Shown: positions 10,897 through 21,352, numbered from the stretch's first letter. The stretch: 64,000 nt of DNA from Dehalococcoidia bacterium (GCA_965204685.1 OZ242004.1:1226615-1290614); one strand, 5' to 3'. Notes: a model not told the origin generated them from the letters alone. Program-made: numbers and translations.

Positions 10897-11769
10897 TCAG
10901 TCTGCGGCGACCGGCGCGGCGTGTTCCGCCTCGCGCCGCCCGTTGAGCCGTCCGGCCTGCGGCCGCTGCGACCGGCTGTTGCCCAGGTACGCCCGGATGA
11001 CCTCCGGGTCCTGCTGCACGTCTTCCATGGTGCCCTCACTGAGCACCTTGCCCAGGTGCAGCACGGTGACCGTCTGCGCGAACTGCCGCACGAAGTCCAT
11101 GTCGTGCTCCACCACCAGCACCGACCGCTCGCCGCCGATGGACTGGAGCAACTCCCCGGTGCGGTCACGCTCGCGGCGGGTCATGCCGGCCACCGGCTCG
11201 TCCAGCAGCAGCAGCTTGGGCTCCTGCACCAGCAGCATGCCGATCTCCAGCCACTGCTTCTCGCCGTGGGATAGCCCGCCGGCGACGTCCTGCGCCCGGC
11301 GCTGGAGGCCAACTTCCTCCAGCGTGCTCATGATCCGGTCGCCATCCCCGCGCCGCAGCTTGCGCAGCAGCCCGGCGATCCGGCTGCGGAACCCCAGGGT
11401 CACCTCAAGGTTCTGGTACACGGTCAGGCTGGAGAAGATGGCCGGCGTCTGGAATTTACGGCCCACTCCCAGCCGCACCAGTTGGTACTCCTGCCGCCGG
11501 CTCAAATCCGTGGTGCCGTCGAAGATGATGCGCCCCTTGCTGGGCTTGGACTTGCCCGTGATCACGTCGATCAGCGTCGTCTTGCCCGCCCCGTTGGGCC
11601 CGATGAGAAAGCGCATCTCCCCGTAGCCGATGGCGAAGTTCAGCTCGTCCAGCACGGTGAAGCCGTCGAAGCTCACCGTCAGGTTCTCCACGGACAGGAT
11701 GGGCTGGCTCAGGTCCGGCGTCGGGCGCGAGCCGTTGCGCGAGGCTGGGTTGTTCGGATTGCCAATCAT
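10897..11769 (-). CDS. urtD: urea ABC transporter ATP-binding protein UrtD
   Basis: ABC ATPase ([22 protein letters not shown]). Start ATG 11769 forms an ATGA overlap with the urtC stop. The track ORF's N-terminal extension is Arg/Ala/Pro-rich. Confidence 0.9.
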   Translation of the reverse strand: MIGNPNNPASRNGSRPTPDLSQPILSVENLTVSFDGFTVLDELNFAIGYGEMRFLIGPNGAGKTTLIDVITGKSKPSKGRIIFDGTTDLSRRQEYQLVRLGVGRKFQTPAIFSSLTVYQNLEVTLGFRSRIAGLLRKLRRGDGDRIMSTLEEVGLQRRAQDVAGGLSHGEKQWLEIGMLLVQEPKLLLLDEPVAGMTRRERDRTGELLQSIGGERSVLVVEHDMDFVRQFAQTVTVLHLGKVLSEGTMEDVQQDPEVIRAYLGNSRSQRPQAGRLNGRREAEHAAPVAAD

Positions 11770-12908
11770 CGTGTCGCTCCAGGAACCAGGCGGTTGATTG
11801 CCCCGCGAACTTGCTCGCGTGACAGCCACCACGGACGTCGCCAGCCCTCGCCGCGCAGCAGGCCCATGATGCCGGTGGGGAACAGCAGCACCGCCCCGAT
11901 GAACAGCAGGCCCAGGAAGTATTGCCACACCGCCGGGAACGACTCGCTCAGGCCGCTCTTGGCCCCGTTGACGACCACTGCGCCGATCACTGCCCCCAGC
12001 AGCACCCCACGTCCGCCCACGGCCACCCAGATGGCGATCTCAATGGACGGCACGATGCCCATCATAGTGGGCGAGATGATGCCCACCTGCGGCGTGAACA
12101 GCGCGCCGGCCACGCCGGCGATGCCGGCCGACAGCGAGAACACCAGCGTCTTCAGCACGGCGGGGTCGTAGCCGGAGAACCGCACCCGGTTCTCGTCGTC
12201 ACGCATGGCCACCAGCAGCCGGCCCAGCCGCGACGAGATCAGCCACCAGCACAGCAGGTAGGCGGCGGTCAGCGCGGCCACGCTGGCGTAGTACAGGATC
12301 AACTGCATCGACGGCGCGTTCAGCGCGTAGCCGAAAATCGTCGTGTAGTTGGTGATGCCGTTGGTGCCGCCGGTGTACGCCTGCTGGCCGATGAACAGGA
12401 TGCTGACGATCAGCGCCAGCGCCTGGGTGATCAGCGCGAAGTACACGCCGGTGATGCGGCTGCGGAACACCAGGTATCCCAGCGCGCCGGCCAGCACCGC
12501 CGGCACGACAAAGGTCATGGGTATGGCGAACCAGGCGTACTTGAACGGCGCCCAGAAGAAGGGCAGTTCGGTCAAGCCGCTCCAGAACATGAAGTCGGGC
12601 AGCTTGCCGCCGGCCGATTCCAGCTTCAGGTACATGGCCATGGCGTACCCGCCCAGTCCAAAGAACACGCCGTGGCCCAGGCTGAGCATCCCGGCGTAGC
12701 CCCAGATCAGGTTCAGGGACAGCGCCAGCATGGCAAAGGTCAGGAACTTGCCCAGCAGCGCGATCCGGAAGTCAGAAAGCACCGTCGGGGCGACCAGGAG
12801 CACCGCCAGCATGATCGCCGGCGCAATCCACGAGCCGATGCGGTCGTGCACCCGGACCGGCGCGGAGGCGTTGCGCACCACGGTGATGATGGATGACATG
12901 GTCGTCAT
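11766..12908 (-). CDS. urtC: urea ABC transporter permease UrtC
   Basis: 380-aa polytopic LivM-like permease between urtB and urtD. Confidence 0.9.
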   Translation of the reverse strand: MTTMSSIITVVRNASAPVRVHDRIGSWIAPAIMLAVLLVAPTVLSDFRIALLGKFLTFAMLALSLNLIWGYAGMLSLGHGVFFGLGGYAMAMYLKLESAGGKLPDFMFWSGLTELPFFWAPFKYAWFAIPMTFVVPAVLAGALGYLVFRSRITGVYFALITQALALIVSILFIGQQAYTGGTNGITNYTTIFGYALNAPSMQLILYYASVAALTAAYLLCWWLISSRLGRLLVAMRDDENRVRFSGYDPAVLKTLVFSLSAGIAGVAGALFTPQVGIISPTMMGIVPSIEIAIWVAVGGRGVLLGAVIGAVVVNGAKSGLSESFPAVWQYFLGLLFIGAVLLFPTGIMGLLRGEGWRRPWWLSREQVRGAINRLVPGATR

Positions 12909-12914
12909 GGCCCG

Positions 12915-13811
12915 CTACCGTCCCTTGGCCCGCATCAGGCCGGCGGGACGCCATTGCAGGAACAGGATCACCATGGCGAACACCAACACCTTGCCGACCA
13001 CCGCGGTGGTGCCGAACTCCAGCATGGTGTTCAGCATCCCGATGATCAGCGCCGCCAGGATGGTGCCGGGCACCTGCCCCAGCCCGCCCAGGATCACGAC
13101 GATGAAGGCGTCCACCACGTAGAACGTGCCCAGGGACGGCCCGATGGGGCCGATCAGCGTCAGCGCGCACCCGGCGATGCCGGCCAGGCCCGAACCCAGC
13201 GCGAAGGTGAAGCTGTCCACCCGCCGCGTTGATACTCCCAGGCTCGCCGCCATTTCCCGGTTCTGCATCACGCCGCGCATCCGGCGCCCCTCGCTGGAGC
13301 GGTACATGTACCAGTAGAGGCCACCAATGCACGCGGTGACCAGCGCTAGGATGAAGACGCGCTTCACGGGCAATACCAGATCGGTCGTTACCGTGATCGC
13401 GCTGCCCAGCCACGGCGGCGCCACCACCTGCACGTTGGGCGCGCCGAATATCGACCGGGCCAACTGCTGCAGGAACAGGCCCACGCCCCACGTCGCCAGC
13501 AGCGTGTCCAGGGGGCGGCGGTACAGGAAACGGATCAGCGCGTTCTCCACCACGTACCCCGCCGCTCCGGCAATCACGAAGGACGCGGGAATGGCGATCA
13601 GGAACGTGACCCCCGACTGCGGGTCGCCGGTGAAGCTGAGCGCCGCCTGCTGCAATGCGTACGTGGTGTACGCGCCGATCATGATGAACTCGCCGTGGGC
13701 CAGGTTGATGACGTTCATCAACCCGAAGGACAGCGCCAGTCCCAATGCGATCAGCAGCAGGATTGAGCTCAGGCTGAGCCCGTTGAACAGTTGTAGAGCC
13801 CAAACTTCCAT
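12915..13811 (-). CDS. urtB: urea ABC transporter permease UrtB
   Basis: 298-aa LivH-like permease (NLAHGEFIMIGAYT). Confidence 0.9.
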   Translation of the reverse strand: MEVWALQLFNGLSLSSILLLIALGLALSFGLMNVINLAHGEFIMIGAYTTYALQQAALSFTGDPQSGVTFLIAIPASFVIAGAAGYVVENALIRFLYRRPLDTLLATWGVGLFLQQLARSIFGAPNVQVVAPPWLGSAITVTTDLVLPVKRVFILALVTACIGGLYWYMYRSSEGRRMRGVMQNREMAASLGVSTRRVDSFTFALGSGLAGIAGCALTLIGPIGPSLGTFYVVDAFIVVILGGLGQVPGTILAALIIGMLNTMLEFGTTAVVGKVLVFAMVILFLQWRPAGLMRAKGR

Positions 13812-13875
13812 TTCGTGGCCATAAAGGAGTTTGAGGAGGCGGAGGCGCGGACGTCATCCGCGCCTATGGGTTGTT

Positions 13876-13984
13876 GTCAGAAGCAGGATTTTCAGGATTT
13901 CGGATTTCGGGATTGACAGGATTGCGGTCATCCGGTGGCGGAGAAAACCCAATCCTGTCAATCCTTCAATCCGGCTGCTGACAG
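13876..13984. repeat. nested-palindromic GGATT-rich intergenic element (copy B)
   Basis: TGTCAGAAGCAGGATT... ...AATCCGGCTGCTGACA termini. Perfect inner repeat GATTGACAGGATT / AATCCTGTCAATC. Lies between urtA and urtB. Confidence 0.9.
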
Positions 13985-13990
13985 TTGATG

Positions 13991-15295
13991 CTACTGGGCC
14001 AGCTCCCGCAGGCCGGCGGCCCATTCGTAGCTGTCCAGGTAGGGGTCCGGAACCACCGGCGAGCCGGAGTTCCAGATCTCGTCGATCTGCCCGTCGTCGC
14101 GCACCGTGCCGATGCGGACGGTCTTGGACACGTGCTGGTTCTCGTTGTGGATGGTCACCATCCCGCCCGGCGCGGCGAACTGGATGCCCTTGGCGGCTTC
14201 CTTGACCGCGGCCACGTCGGTGGACCCGGCCTTTTCAACGGCGGCCTTCCACAGGTACACGCCGAAGTAACCCGCCTCGATGGGGTCGTCGGTGACGCGG
14301 TTCTCGCCGTACTTGGACTTGAACGCGCTGACGAACTTCACGTTTTCCGGCGTGTCAGTGGTCTGGAAGTAGTTCCACGCCACCAGGTGCCCGGCGATGT
14401 TCTCCGCGCCGATGCCGGTGATCTCTTCCTCGGCCACGCTGACCGAAATCGTGGGCAGTTCCTCGGCAGTGATGCCGGCGTCCTTGAGCTGCTTGAAGAA
14501 GGCCACGTTGGAGTCGCCGTTCAGCGTGTTGAACACCACGTCCGGGTCGGCGGCCTTGATCTTGGTGATGACGGTGCTGTACTCGGTGTGGCCCAGCGGG
14601 GTGTACTCCTCGCCCACGGCCTCGATGCCGGCGGCGGCCAACTGCTTGTTGATGATCAGGTTCGACGTGCGCGGGAACACGTAGTCGGAACCCAGCAGGT
14701 AGAACTTGGTCTTGCCCTCGCCCAGCAGGTACTCGATGGCCGGCACGATCTGCTGGTTGGTGGTCGCGCCCGTGTAGAAGATGTTGGGCGACGTCTCCAG
14801 GCCCTCGTACTGCACCGGATAGAACAGCAGCCCGTTGTTGGCCTCGAAGACCGGCAGCATCGCCTTGCGGCTGGCGCTGGTCCATCCGCCAAAGACCACG
14901 GAAACCTCGTCCTCCTGGAGCAGCTTCCGCGCCTTCTCGGCGAAGGTCGGCCAGTCGGACGCGCCGTCCTCGATGACGATCTCCAACTGCTTGCCCATCA
15001 CGCCGCCGCTGGCGTTGATCTCTTCAATGGCCAGCAGTTCGGCGTCGTGCACCGCGGTCTCGCTGATCGACATCGTGCCGGACAGGGAGTGCAGGATGCC
15101 CACCTTGATGGTGTCGGACTCGGCGGCGGGCGCGCTGGCCGGTTGGGATGCGGCAGCGGGTGCGGCCGTGGCGGCCGGTGCCGGGGGCGGCTCGGAGCCG
15201 CAGGCGGCCAGCATCAGGGGCATGATAACGGCGGCCGCGCCAATGAGCGCGAACCGCAGCAAAGCGGGCAGTTTGGCTAAACCGGTTAGAGACAT
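13991..15295 (-). CDS. urtA: urea ABC transporter substrate-binding lipoprotein UrtA
   Basis: 434 aa. Lipobox LMLAAC-G, then a LivK/amide-urea binding protein-like body. First gene of the urt cluster. Confidence 0.92.
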   Translation of the reverse strand: MSLTGLAKLPALLRFALIGAAAVIMPLMLAACGSEPPPAPAATAAPAAASQPASAPAAESDTIKVGILHSLSGTMSISETAVHDAELLAIEEINASGGVMGKQLEIVIEDGASDWPTFAEKARKLLQEDEVSVVFGGWTSASRKAMLPVFEANNGLLFYPVQYEGLETSPNIFYTGATTNQQIVPAIEYLLGEGKTKFYLLGSDYVFPRTSNLIINKQLAAAGIEAVGEEYTPLGHTEYSTVITKIKAADPDVVFNTLNGDSNVAFFKQLKDAGITAEELPTISVSVAEEEITGIGAENIAGHLVAWNYFQTTDTPENVKFVSAFKSKYGENRVTDDPIEAGYFGVYLWKAAVEKAGSTDVAAVKEAAKGIQFAAPGGMVTIHNENQHVSKTVRIGTVRDDGQIDEIWNSGSPVVPDPYLDSYEWAAGLRELAQ

Positions 15296-15464
15296 CGTGG
15301 GTGTTTCCTCCTCTGGAGTGGATTCGCCAACGGCAGGTCGCCGGTGTCGATGCCAAATACGCTAGTCCCACGGTGTTACCGGCAAATTGCAACTCTATGA
15401 CCGCGAAGTTGCGTCGGTGTAAACGACGGGTTACGCCGCCCGACGGCGGGAAACGACGCCATCC

Positions 15465-15501
15465 ATACAAACGCGGGCCGGCTCCTGTCGAGCCGGCCCG
15501 C
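15465..15501 (-). terminator. intrinsic terminator candidate downstream of the amidohydrolase gene
   Basis: 12-bp perfect GC-rich stem GCGGGCCGGCTC/GAGCCGGCCCGC (15473-15501) with a 5-nt loop. On the minus strand it is followed by GTTTGTAT. Confidence 0.6.
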
Positions 15502-15547
15502 TCTGCCGCGCGCGTGTAATCCGCGGCGGCCCCCGATGTGTCCCGGC

Positions 15548-16924
15548 TCAGGTGATGGCCGGCGGAATGCTGATGGGGAAAGGCACGTTCGGGTAGCGTT
15601 CCAGCAGCCGGCGCCACGAGGCGTGGCCTACCGCTTCCGCCCGGCGCACCACGTCCTCCTCGTCGATGGTCAGCGCCTTGCCGTCGCGCATGACCCATTG
15701 CCCGTCCACCATCACCGACGTGATGTCAGCCGGCTGCCCATTGTGCACGAAGGCGGATACGGGACGCAGGCTGGGCACCAGGTGGGACCGCAGCAGATCC
15801 ACCACGAACAGGTCGGCCTTCTTGCCCACTTCCAGGCTGCCGGTGATGTCCTGCATCTCCAGGGCTTTGGCTCCCCCGATGGTGGCCCATTCCAGCACGT
15901 CCTCGGGCTGGGGCCAGACCTCGTCGTTGCGGCGCACCCGCTCCAGGAACAAGCCGGCGCGCATCACCTCCACCATGTCCTCGGCCATGTTGTCCGAGCC
16001 CATGCCGATGACGCATCCGGCGGCCTGCAACTCCCGCACCGGCGCGGCCGCGCCCCGGCGGGCGGCTATGGCGGCGTTGTTGGTCACTTTGACACCGGTC
16101 TGGCCCAGCAGCGCGATCTCGGCGGGAGTGACGTACCGGCAGTGGGCGGCCAGCAGGTCCGGCCCCAGGAAGCCGCTGGCGAAAAGATAGTGGGTCGGCG
16201 GCACGCCGCGGACCCGCATGACCGCCTCGATCTCCTCGCGGCTCTGCGACAGGTGGATGGTGTAGCCGACGCCAAGGCGCTCGGCCAGCTCCCGCGTCCG
16301 GCGCAGCAGGTCCGGCGAGCACGTCTCCGGCGCATGGGGCGCCAGGAAGCAGTTGACGCGCCCGTTTTCGCGGCCGTGCCAAGCCTCCACCAGTTCGGCG
16401 CTGCGTTGCAGGCCGGCGTCGGCCCTAGCCTCGTCAAACCGATAGACACCCTCCCGAACCTGGGCCTCGTCCACATCGTTGATGTTCTCCGACAGAACGA
16501 GCCGCAGCCCCGTTGCCGCCAGGTCGGGCGCGTAGCCGGCCACGTTGGACGAGATTTCCAGCAGGCAGGTGACACCGCTGCGGATCGATTCCAGGACGCC
16601 CAGCAGGGCCAGGATCCGGCGCTCCTCGTCGGTCAGCAGTGCCCGCGCCGACACCGGAAAGGTCAGCCGGGTCGGAAAGCCGAAGTCCTCCAGTATCCCC
16701 CGGTCTCCCGTCGCCAGCAGGTGCGTGTGGCAGTTAATCAGCCCGGGGAAGACCGCCTTGCCGCGCCCGTCCACCACCTCGGCGTCGGGATACGCCGGCC
16801 GCACTTCATCCGTAGACCCGATGGCGGTGATCCGGTCCTCCGAGATGGCGATGCCGGCATCATGCAGAACGTCCCGGCCCGCGTTGCCGGTCACGATGGT
16901 TGCGTTGGCGATGACGGTGGTCAT
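15548..16924 (-). CDS. amidohydrolase family protein (TRZ/ATZ / SsnA-like metallo-dependent hydrolase)
   Basis: 458 aa. N-terminal ...GKAVFPGLINCHTHL metal-binding motif. 4-nt overlap with the upstream VOC gene. Confidence 0.85.
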   Translation of the reverse strand: MTTVIANATIVTGNAGRDVLHDAGIAISEDRITAIGSTDEVRPAYPDAEVVDGRGKAVFPGLINCHTHLLATGDRGILEDFGFPTRLTFPVSARALLTDEERRILALLGVLESIRSGVTCLLEISSNVAGYAPDLAATGLRLVLSENINDVDEAQVREGVYRFDEARADAGLQRSAELVEAWHGRENGRVNCFLAPHAPETCSPDLLRRTRELAERLGVGYTIHLSQSREEIEAVMRVRGVPPTHYLFASGFLGPDLLAAHCRYVTPAEIALLGQTGVKVTNNAAIAARRGAAAPVRELQAAGCVIGMGSDNMAEDMVEVMRAGLFLERVRRNDEVWPQPEDVLEWATIGGAKALEMQDITGSLEVGKKADLFVVDLLRSHLVPSLRPVSAFVHNGQPADITSVMVDGQWVMRDGKALTIDEEDVVRRAEAVGHASWRRLLERYPNVPFPISIPPAIT

Positions 16925-17397
16925 ACCGAGGTCGCGTCGGGCGGCGCCGGTCCCCGCTCCAGCAGCTCCAGCCAGTTCCCGTCGGGGTCCTCCATGTAGC
17001 AGCCTTTGCTGGCCGCCGGATACACCGGGTTGGGCCGCGTGGCCGGCGGGCTGACGAACCGCACGCCCCTGGCGCTGAGGTCGGCGTAAAACGCGTCCAG
17101 ATCGTCGACGATGATGCCCAGGTGACTCGCGCCCACCTGGTGGCGTTGGGGCAGCGCGACGGCATCGCCCGCCGGGTTCAGGTACTGGATCAGCTCCACC
17201 GAGTGCCGTTGGTCACCGACGCCCAGGTACACGATGTGTAGCCGCGCGTCGGGATACCCCACGACTTCCGAGATGAAGTCGCCTTCCAGTACCTGGTCGC
17301 GCTCGATGCTGAGGCCCAGCAGGTCGCGGTAAAAGGCCAGCGAGCGCTCCATGTCGCTGACCACGAACCCGGTGTGGTTCATCCATTGGACTTCCAT
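16921..17397 (-). CDS. VOC (glyoxalase/bleomycin-resistance/dioxygenase) family protein
   Basis: 158 aa. HTGFVVSDMERSLAFYRDLLGL and HLGIIVDDLDAFYADL. GGGGAGG RBS upstream of ATG 17397. Confidence 0.85.
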   Translation of the reverse strand: MEVQWMNHTGFVVSDMERSLAFYRDLLGLSIERDQVLEGDFISEVVGYPDARLHIVYLGVGDQRHSVELIQYLNPAGDAVALPQRHQVGASHLGIIVDDLDAFYADLSARGVRFVSPPATRPNPVYPAASKGCYMEDPDGNWLELLERGPAPPDATSV

Positions 17398-17428
17398 TGC
17401 TGTGAACCTCCCCGTGTAGTCAGCCTCG

Positions 17429-18976
17429 CTACCGGCCTTCCTTGATGTAGTCCGATACCTTCTCCCCGATCATGATTGTCGTGGCGTTGGTGTTGGCCCG
17501 GATGCAGTCCGGCATGATCGAGGCGTCGGCCACGCGCAGGCCCTCGATTCCCTTCACCTTCAGGTGCTGGTCCACCACCGCCAGGGGATCCGAGTCCGGC
17601 CCCATCTTGCACGTGCCCGAGATGTGGTGCGACGTGCCGGAGTTCTTGCGCAGCCAGTCGTCCAGCAACTCGTCGGACGCCAGCTCCTCGTCCGTGGGCA
17701 TGATCCGTTCCTCGATCAAGTCGGAGAAGGGAGGCCGCTCGGCCATGCGGACGCCCAGGCGTATCGCCTCCCGCATCCGGCGCAGGTCCTCCGGTTCCTG
17801 GTAGTAGTTGTAGTTCAGGAACGGCTGCACGTGGGGGTCGGTGGATTGCAGGGTCAGCTCACCCTGGCCCAGCGCCAGCTGCAGGCTCGCGCCCATGCCC
17901 AGGTAATTGAGGTCCTCGTCGATGGCCACGTGGGCCGGCCGGTGCTCGCTGGTCATCAGGTTGGGGCTCAGCTGCATGTCGTTGCGCAGGTCGGAGCCTT
18001 CCACCGTGTAGCGCAGTCCTACCTGGATCACCGGCGCCTGCACGTCGGGCTTATCGCCCTTGCCCCGGTACAGCACCGACGCCGCGGGATGGTCGCGCAG
18101 GTTCTTGCCCACGCCCGGGGAGTCGTGCACCACCGGAATGCCCATGCTGTGCAGGTGCTCCGCCGGCCCCACGCCGGACAGCATCAGCAACTGCGGCGAC
18201 GCCACGGCCCCGCTGCTCACGATGATCTCGCCGCCCTCCACCGTGAAGACCTCGCCACCGCTCTCGGCCTCGATTCCGACCGCCCTGTTGCCGTCAAATA
18301 TGATCCGCCGCGCGGTCACGCCGCCCCGGATGGTCAGGTTCAGCCGGTGCCGCGCGATGTCCAGGTAGTTGATGGCCATGCTCATGCGCACGCCGTCGAT
18401 GGTGTTGCGGGCCCGGGGCGAGACGCCCGTGGATTCAGGGTGGTTCTGGTCCTCATCCTGGGGGAAGCCCTCGTCCAGGCAGGCCCGCTCGAAGGCCACG
18501 GCGTGGGGCAGCCACTCGGTGCGGGGAGCGCGACGCACCGGAACCGGCCCGTCGGAGCCGTGGAAGTCGTCGCCGCCGAAGTCCAGGTCGGTTTCCAGCT
18601 TGTTGAAGTAGGGCAGGCACCGGGTGAAACTCCACTCGTCGTTGCCCCACTCGGCCCAGCGGTCGTAGTCCTCGGGAATGCCCCGGAACAGCACCTGTCC
18701 GTTCACCGCGCTGGAGCCGCCGGTGGCCTTGCCCCGGGGGATCGTCAGGTTGTCCTGTTCCTCGGTGATCCGGGCGGTGTAGCCCCAGTTGTGCGGCCCG
18801 TATGCCGACAGCCACACGTTGTTGCCCAGCTTCAGGTCGTCCGGCAGCTGCTCAAAGACCGGATAGTCCGGCCCCGCCTCCAGCAGCAGCACGGACCGCT
18901 CCGGGTCCTCCGACAGCCGGCTGGCGATGGTGCATCCGGCGGAACCTCCGCCCACCACGATATAATCGTACTTCAT
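17429..18976 (-). CDS. GMC family (choline dehydrogenase-like) FAD oxidoreductase
   Basis: 515 aa. YDYIVVGGGSAGCTIASRLSED and a C-terminal GMC signature region (HHISGTCKMG). Confidence 0.92.
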   Translation of the reverse strand: MKYDYIVVGGGSAGCTIASRLSEDPERSVLLLEAGPDYPVFEQLPDDLKLGNNVWLSAYGPHNWGYTARITEEQDNLTIPRGKATGGSSAVNGQVLFRGIPEDYDRWAEWGNDEWSFTRCLPYFNKLETDLDFGGDDFHGSDGPVPVRRAPRTEWLPHAVAFERACLDEGFPQDEDQNHPESTGVSPRARNTIDGVRMSMAINYLDIARHRLNLTIRGGVTARRIIFDGNRAVGIEAESGGEVFTVEGGEIIVSSGAVASPQLLMLSGVGPAEHLHSMGIPVVHDSPGVGKNLRDHPAASVLYRGKGDKPDVQAPVIQVGLRYTVEGSDLRNDMQLSPNLMTSEHRPAHVAIDEDLNYLGMGASLQLALGQGELTLQSTDPHVQPFLNYNYYQEPEDLRRMREAIRLGVRMAERPPFSDLIEERIMPTDEELASDELLDDWLRKNSGTSHHISGTCKMGPDSDPLAVVDQHLKVKGIEGLRVADASIMPDCIRANTNATTIMIGEKVSDYIKEGR

Positions 18977-19280
18977 CCTGTGGCCTCCTGCAGTGGATAA
19001 GATTGCCTTGCAGTTACTCGTCTATGTGTGAGTTGTCGCGATTGAAGCGTAAACCGGCCGGCCGCTCAATCCGTGCGACTGGTTGAGCGCCACGCCGTGG
19101 CCGCAAATCGCCCGTAGCCTATCACCTCGCGCGGATTGTGTCCCGTGTGGGTCATGGGCCAATTGACCGGTAGTGGCGGCTGCTAGAATAAGAATTGACC
19201 GTCCGGTCTTGACCTGCTCGCGATTGACCGATATTTTGCCTCAAATAGCCTCTAGATATAACTCACTGGAGGAACACGAT

Positions 19281-19544
19281 ATGAACCAGTTGACAGTTCG
19301 GGGGTTTGACGACGAACTCAACACCATTATGCGCCGCCTGGCAAATCAGGAGGGGATCTCCCTGAATCAGGCGGCGTTGAGGCTGCTCAGAAAGGGCGCC
19401 GGCCTGACAGACAGCAAGGGGAATCCCAACGCCATAGGCGATTCGTTGGACGACCTCTTCGGCGTGTGGAGCCGGGATGAAGCTGAGAGTTTCGATGCGG
19501 CTCTTGAGGTCTTCGAGACGGTGGACGAGGCAGCGTGGTCATGA
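19281..19544 (+). CDS. type II antitoxin (VapB-like, ribbon-helix-helix type)
   Basis: 87 aa (MNQLTVRGFDDELNTIMRRLA...). GGAGG RBS at 19268-19272. Its stop overlaps the ATG of the PIN gene (ATGA). Confidence 0.75.
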   Translation: MNQLTVRGFDDELNTIMRRLANQEGISLNQAALRLLRKGAGLTDSKGNPNAIGDSLDDLFGVWSRDEAESFDAALEVFETVDEAAWS

Positions 19545-19939
19545 GGATTCTGCTGGATTCCAACGCCTACTCCGCGTTCATGCGCGGCAACCACGAGGTG
19601 AGAGATCTGATACAAGACGCTGAGGGGGCGCTGTTCTCCGCTGTGGTAGTGGGTGAGCTGCTGTACGGCTTCCGGCAGGGGGCGCGTTTCGAGCAAAATC
19701 TAGCGGAACTGCGATCCTTCCTCGAACGTCCCTACGTGTCCTTGGTTCCCGTTGGTCCGGTGACCGCGGATCGGTACTCGCGGATAATGACGGCGCTGAG
19801 GGCGAAAGGGCGGCCCATTCCGACGAACGACGTCTGGATTGCGGCCCACGCAATGGAAACCGGGGCCGACCTGGTTTCCGCCGACGCCCACTTCGAGCAT
19901 GTTGACGGGATTGAGTGGGTCCGCGTGTCGGCAAGTTGA
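19541..19939 (+). CDS. vapC: PIN-domain toxin VapC
   Basis: MRILLDSNAY..., ...TNDVWIAAHA... and a C-terminal D: the acidic residues expected for a PIN domain. Confidence 0.88.
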   Translation: MRILLDSNAYSAFMRGNHEVRDLIQDAEGALFSAVVVGELLYGFRQGARFEQNLAELRSFLERPYVSLVPVGPVTADRYSRIMTALRAKGRPIPTNDVWIAAHAMETGADLVSADAHFEHVDGIEWVRVSAS

Positions 19940-20215
19940 AACCCGAGGACGACAGTGCGAAAGAGGGAGCGTACACTGTCGAGGTAGCCCTCAGCGGCGG
20001 AGTTCGCAGTATCCTTGGCCCCCGCAGTGAATATCCGTTCGTTGCAGTTATTTGTAGACCGCCATGAACATCATTGCCGGTCTCGTTGATGATCGGGTAT
20101 GGGCTGGACAATCCGCCCTTCACCGGGGATTTGGTTATGCCTCAATGGGCAGGTTTGCCAAAATATCCTCGCGGGGAGTATGTTGTAACTTGAACTGATT
20201 AGTGAGACTTGCGAG

Positions 20216-20920
20216 ATGTCTGCCGCACACGCGTTACAAGATGCTGCTGGTTGGCGTCGCCGCCTGGTACTCCCTGCCTACTCAGTCCGAGATGCCGCCA
20301 GGTACGCCGGTATTCCTACCCGCACAGTCGGATACTGGCATCGGGGCGCTCAGAATCGTCCAGCCGCGCTGCCGGGCCGTGCGGCTGGACGTCCGTTGTC
20401 TTACTACGAGCTTATTGAAGTCGCGTTCGTAGCGACGTTCAGGAAACTGGGCCTGTCCCTGCAAAAAATTCGTAAGGCCCGCACCTATGCGGCTCGCGCA
20501 TTGAACTCCGAGTATCCGTTCGCCCAGTACGCATGGAAAACAGAGGGCGTTCATCTGATGCTCGAAATGCGCGAGTTGGAGGAGGATGCGGAGGTCGGTA
20601 AGCTGGTGGCTGCCGACCTTGATGGGCAGGTAGGCTGGGAGGAAGTGGTCGCGGAACGCTTTGAACAGTTCGATTATCAGCATGATATCGCCCTGGTTTG
20701 GCATCTACTAAACCGGAACATCCCCGTTTCCATTGACCCTCGGGTCTCATTTGGTGTGCCCGCTGTTCATGGTGTCCCTACCTGGATATTGAAAGGTCGC
20801 TGGGACGCAGGTGAAACTGTTCAAAACATTCAAGCCGACTATGGCCTGGCTGGAGACGACGTGCTTCACGGGCTGAGGTTCGAAGGGGTTCGTGACAATG
20901 AGTTGGCGGCGGCGAGTTGA
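20216..20920 (+). CDS. DUF433-domain protein with N-terminal MerR-like HTH (putative antitoxin)
   Basis: N-terminus YSVRDAARYAGIPTRTVGYW (HTH). C-terminus IDPRVSFGVPAVHGVPTWILKGRWDAGETVQNIQADYGL (DUF433-like). Confidence 0.7.
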   Translation: MSAAHALQDAAGWRRRLVLPAYSVRDAARYAGIPTRTVGYWHRGAQNRPAALPGRAAGRPLSYYELIEVAFVATFRKLGLSLQKIRKARTYAARALNSEYPFAQYAWKTEGVHLMLEMRELEEDAEVGKLVAADLDGQVGWEEVVAERFEQFDYQHDIALVWHLLNRNIPVSIDPRVSFGVPAVHGVPTWILKGRWDAGETVQNIQADYGLAGDDVLHGLRFEGVRDNELAAAS

Positions 20921-21352
20921 ATGACTGCCGCGGGTCTTATCCCACCCTCTGACAGTGATGATCCGGTATTCTTCTTCGATAGGGATGTCGGTATTTTTCT
21001 CCCCCAGCGGTTGCGAGAGCTGGGTCTGCCCACGCGCGTGGAGATCCATCAAGAGCACTTCGCCCAAGCAGCCGAAGATGATCTGTGGATGGCTGAAGTA
21101 GGCAGCCGGGGATGGATTGTAATTGGACACGACCGTCATCACCACACACGTCCCTTGGAGAGGCAGGCTATTCAGGATTACGGCATAGGCTGTTTCTATC
21201 TGTGGGGAGGTGACCGGCCCGGCCATGAAAAGATGCGGTGCTTTCTGAGCGCCTACGACAGGATGATCGAAGCTGTCGCGACCACGCCGCGCCCCTTCGT
21301 ATATCGGGTTCTGAGAAACGGCGGTCTCAGGAAAGTGGACCTGGAAGCTTAG
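20921..21352 (+). CDS. DUF5615/Mut7-C-like PIN-related protein (putative toxin partner of DUF433)
   Basis: Starts immediately after the DUF433 gene stop. The pattern FFFDRDVG..LPQRLRELG..V..H..HF......D..W......GW.VI.HD resembles DUF5615. Confidence 0.6.
   Translation: MTAAGLIPPSDSDDPVFFFDRDVGIFLPQRLRELGLPTRVEIHQEHFAQAAEDDLWMAEVGSRGWIVIGHDRHHHTRPLERQAIQDYGIGCFYLWGGDRPGHEKMRCFLSAYDRMIEAVATTPRPFVYRVLRNGGLRKVDLEA

Noticed and set aside
15296-15547. Guanidine-I (ykkC) riboswitch or NtcA/TnrA-type box upstream of urtA
   Set aside because: The minus-strand leader has none of the conserved ykkC motifs. The best palindrome (TGTAA-N8-TTACG, plus-strand text at ~15417-15434) has the wrong spacing and 4/5 half-site matches, too weak to call.
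15536-16999. 487-aa plus-strand ORF antisense to the amidohydrolase gene
   Set aside because: It shows the same GC-artefact composition, and the minus strand has a clear amidohydrolase with a metal-binding motif.
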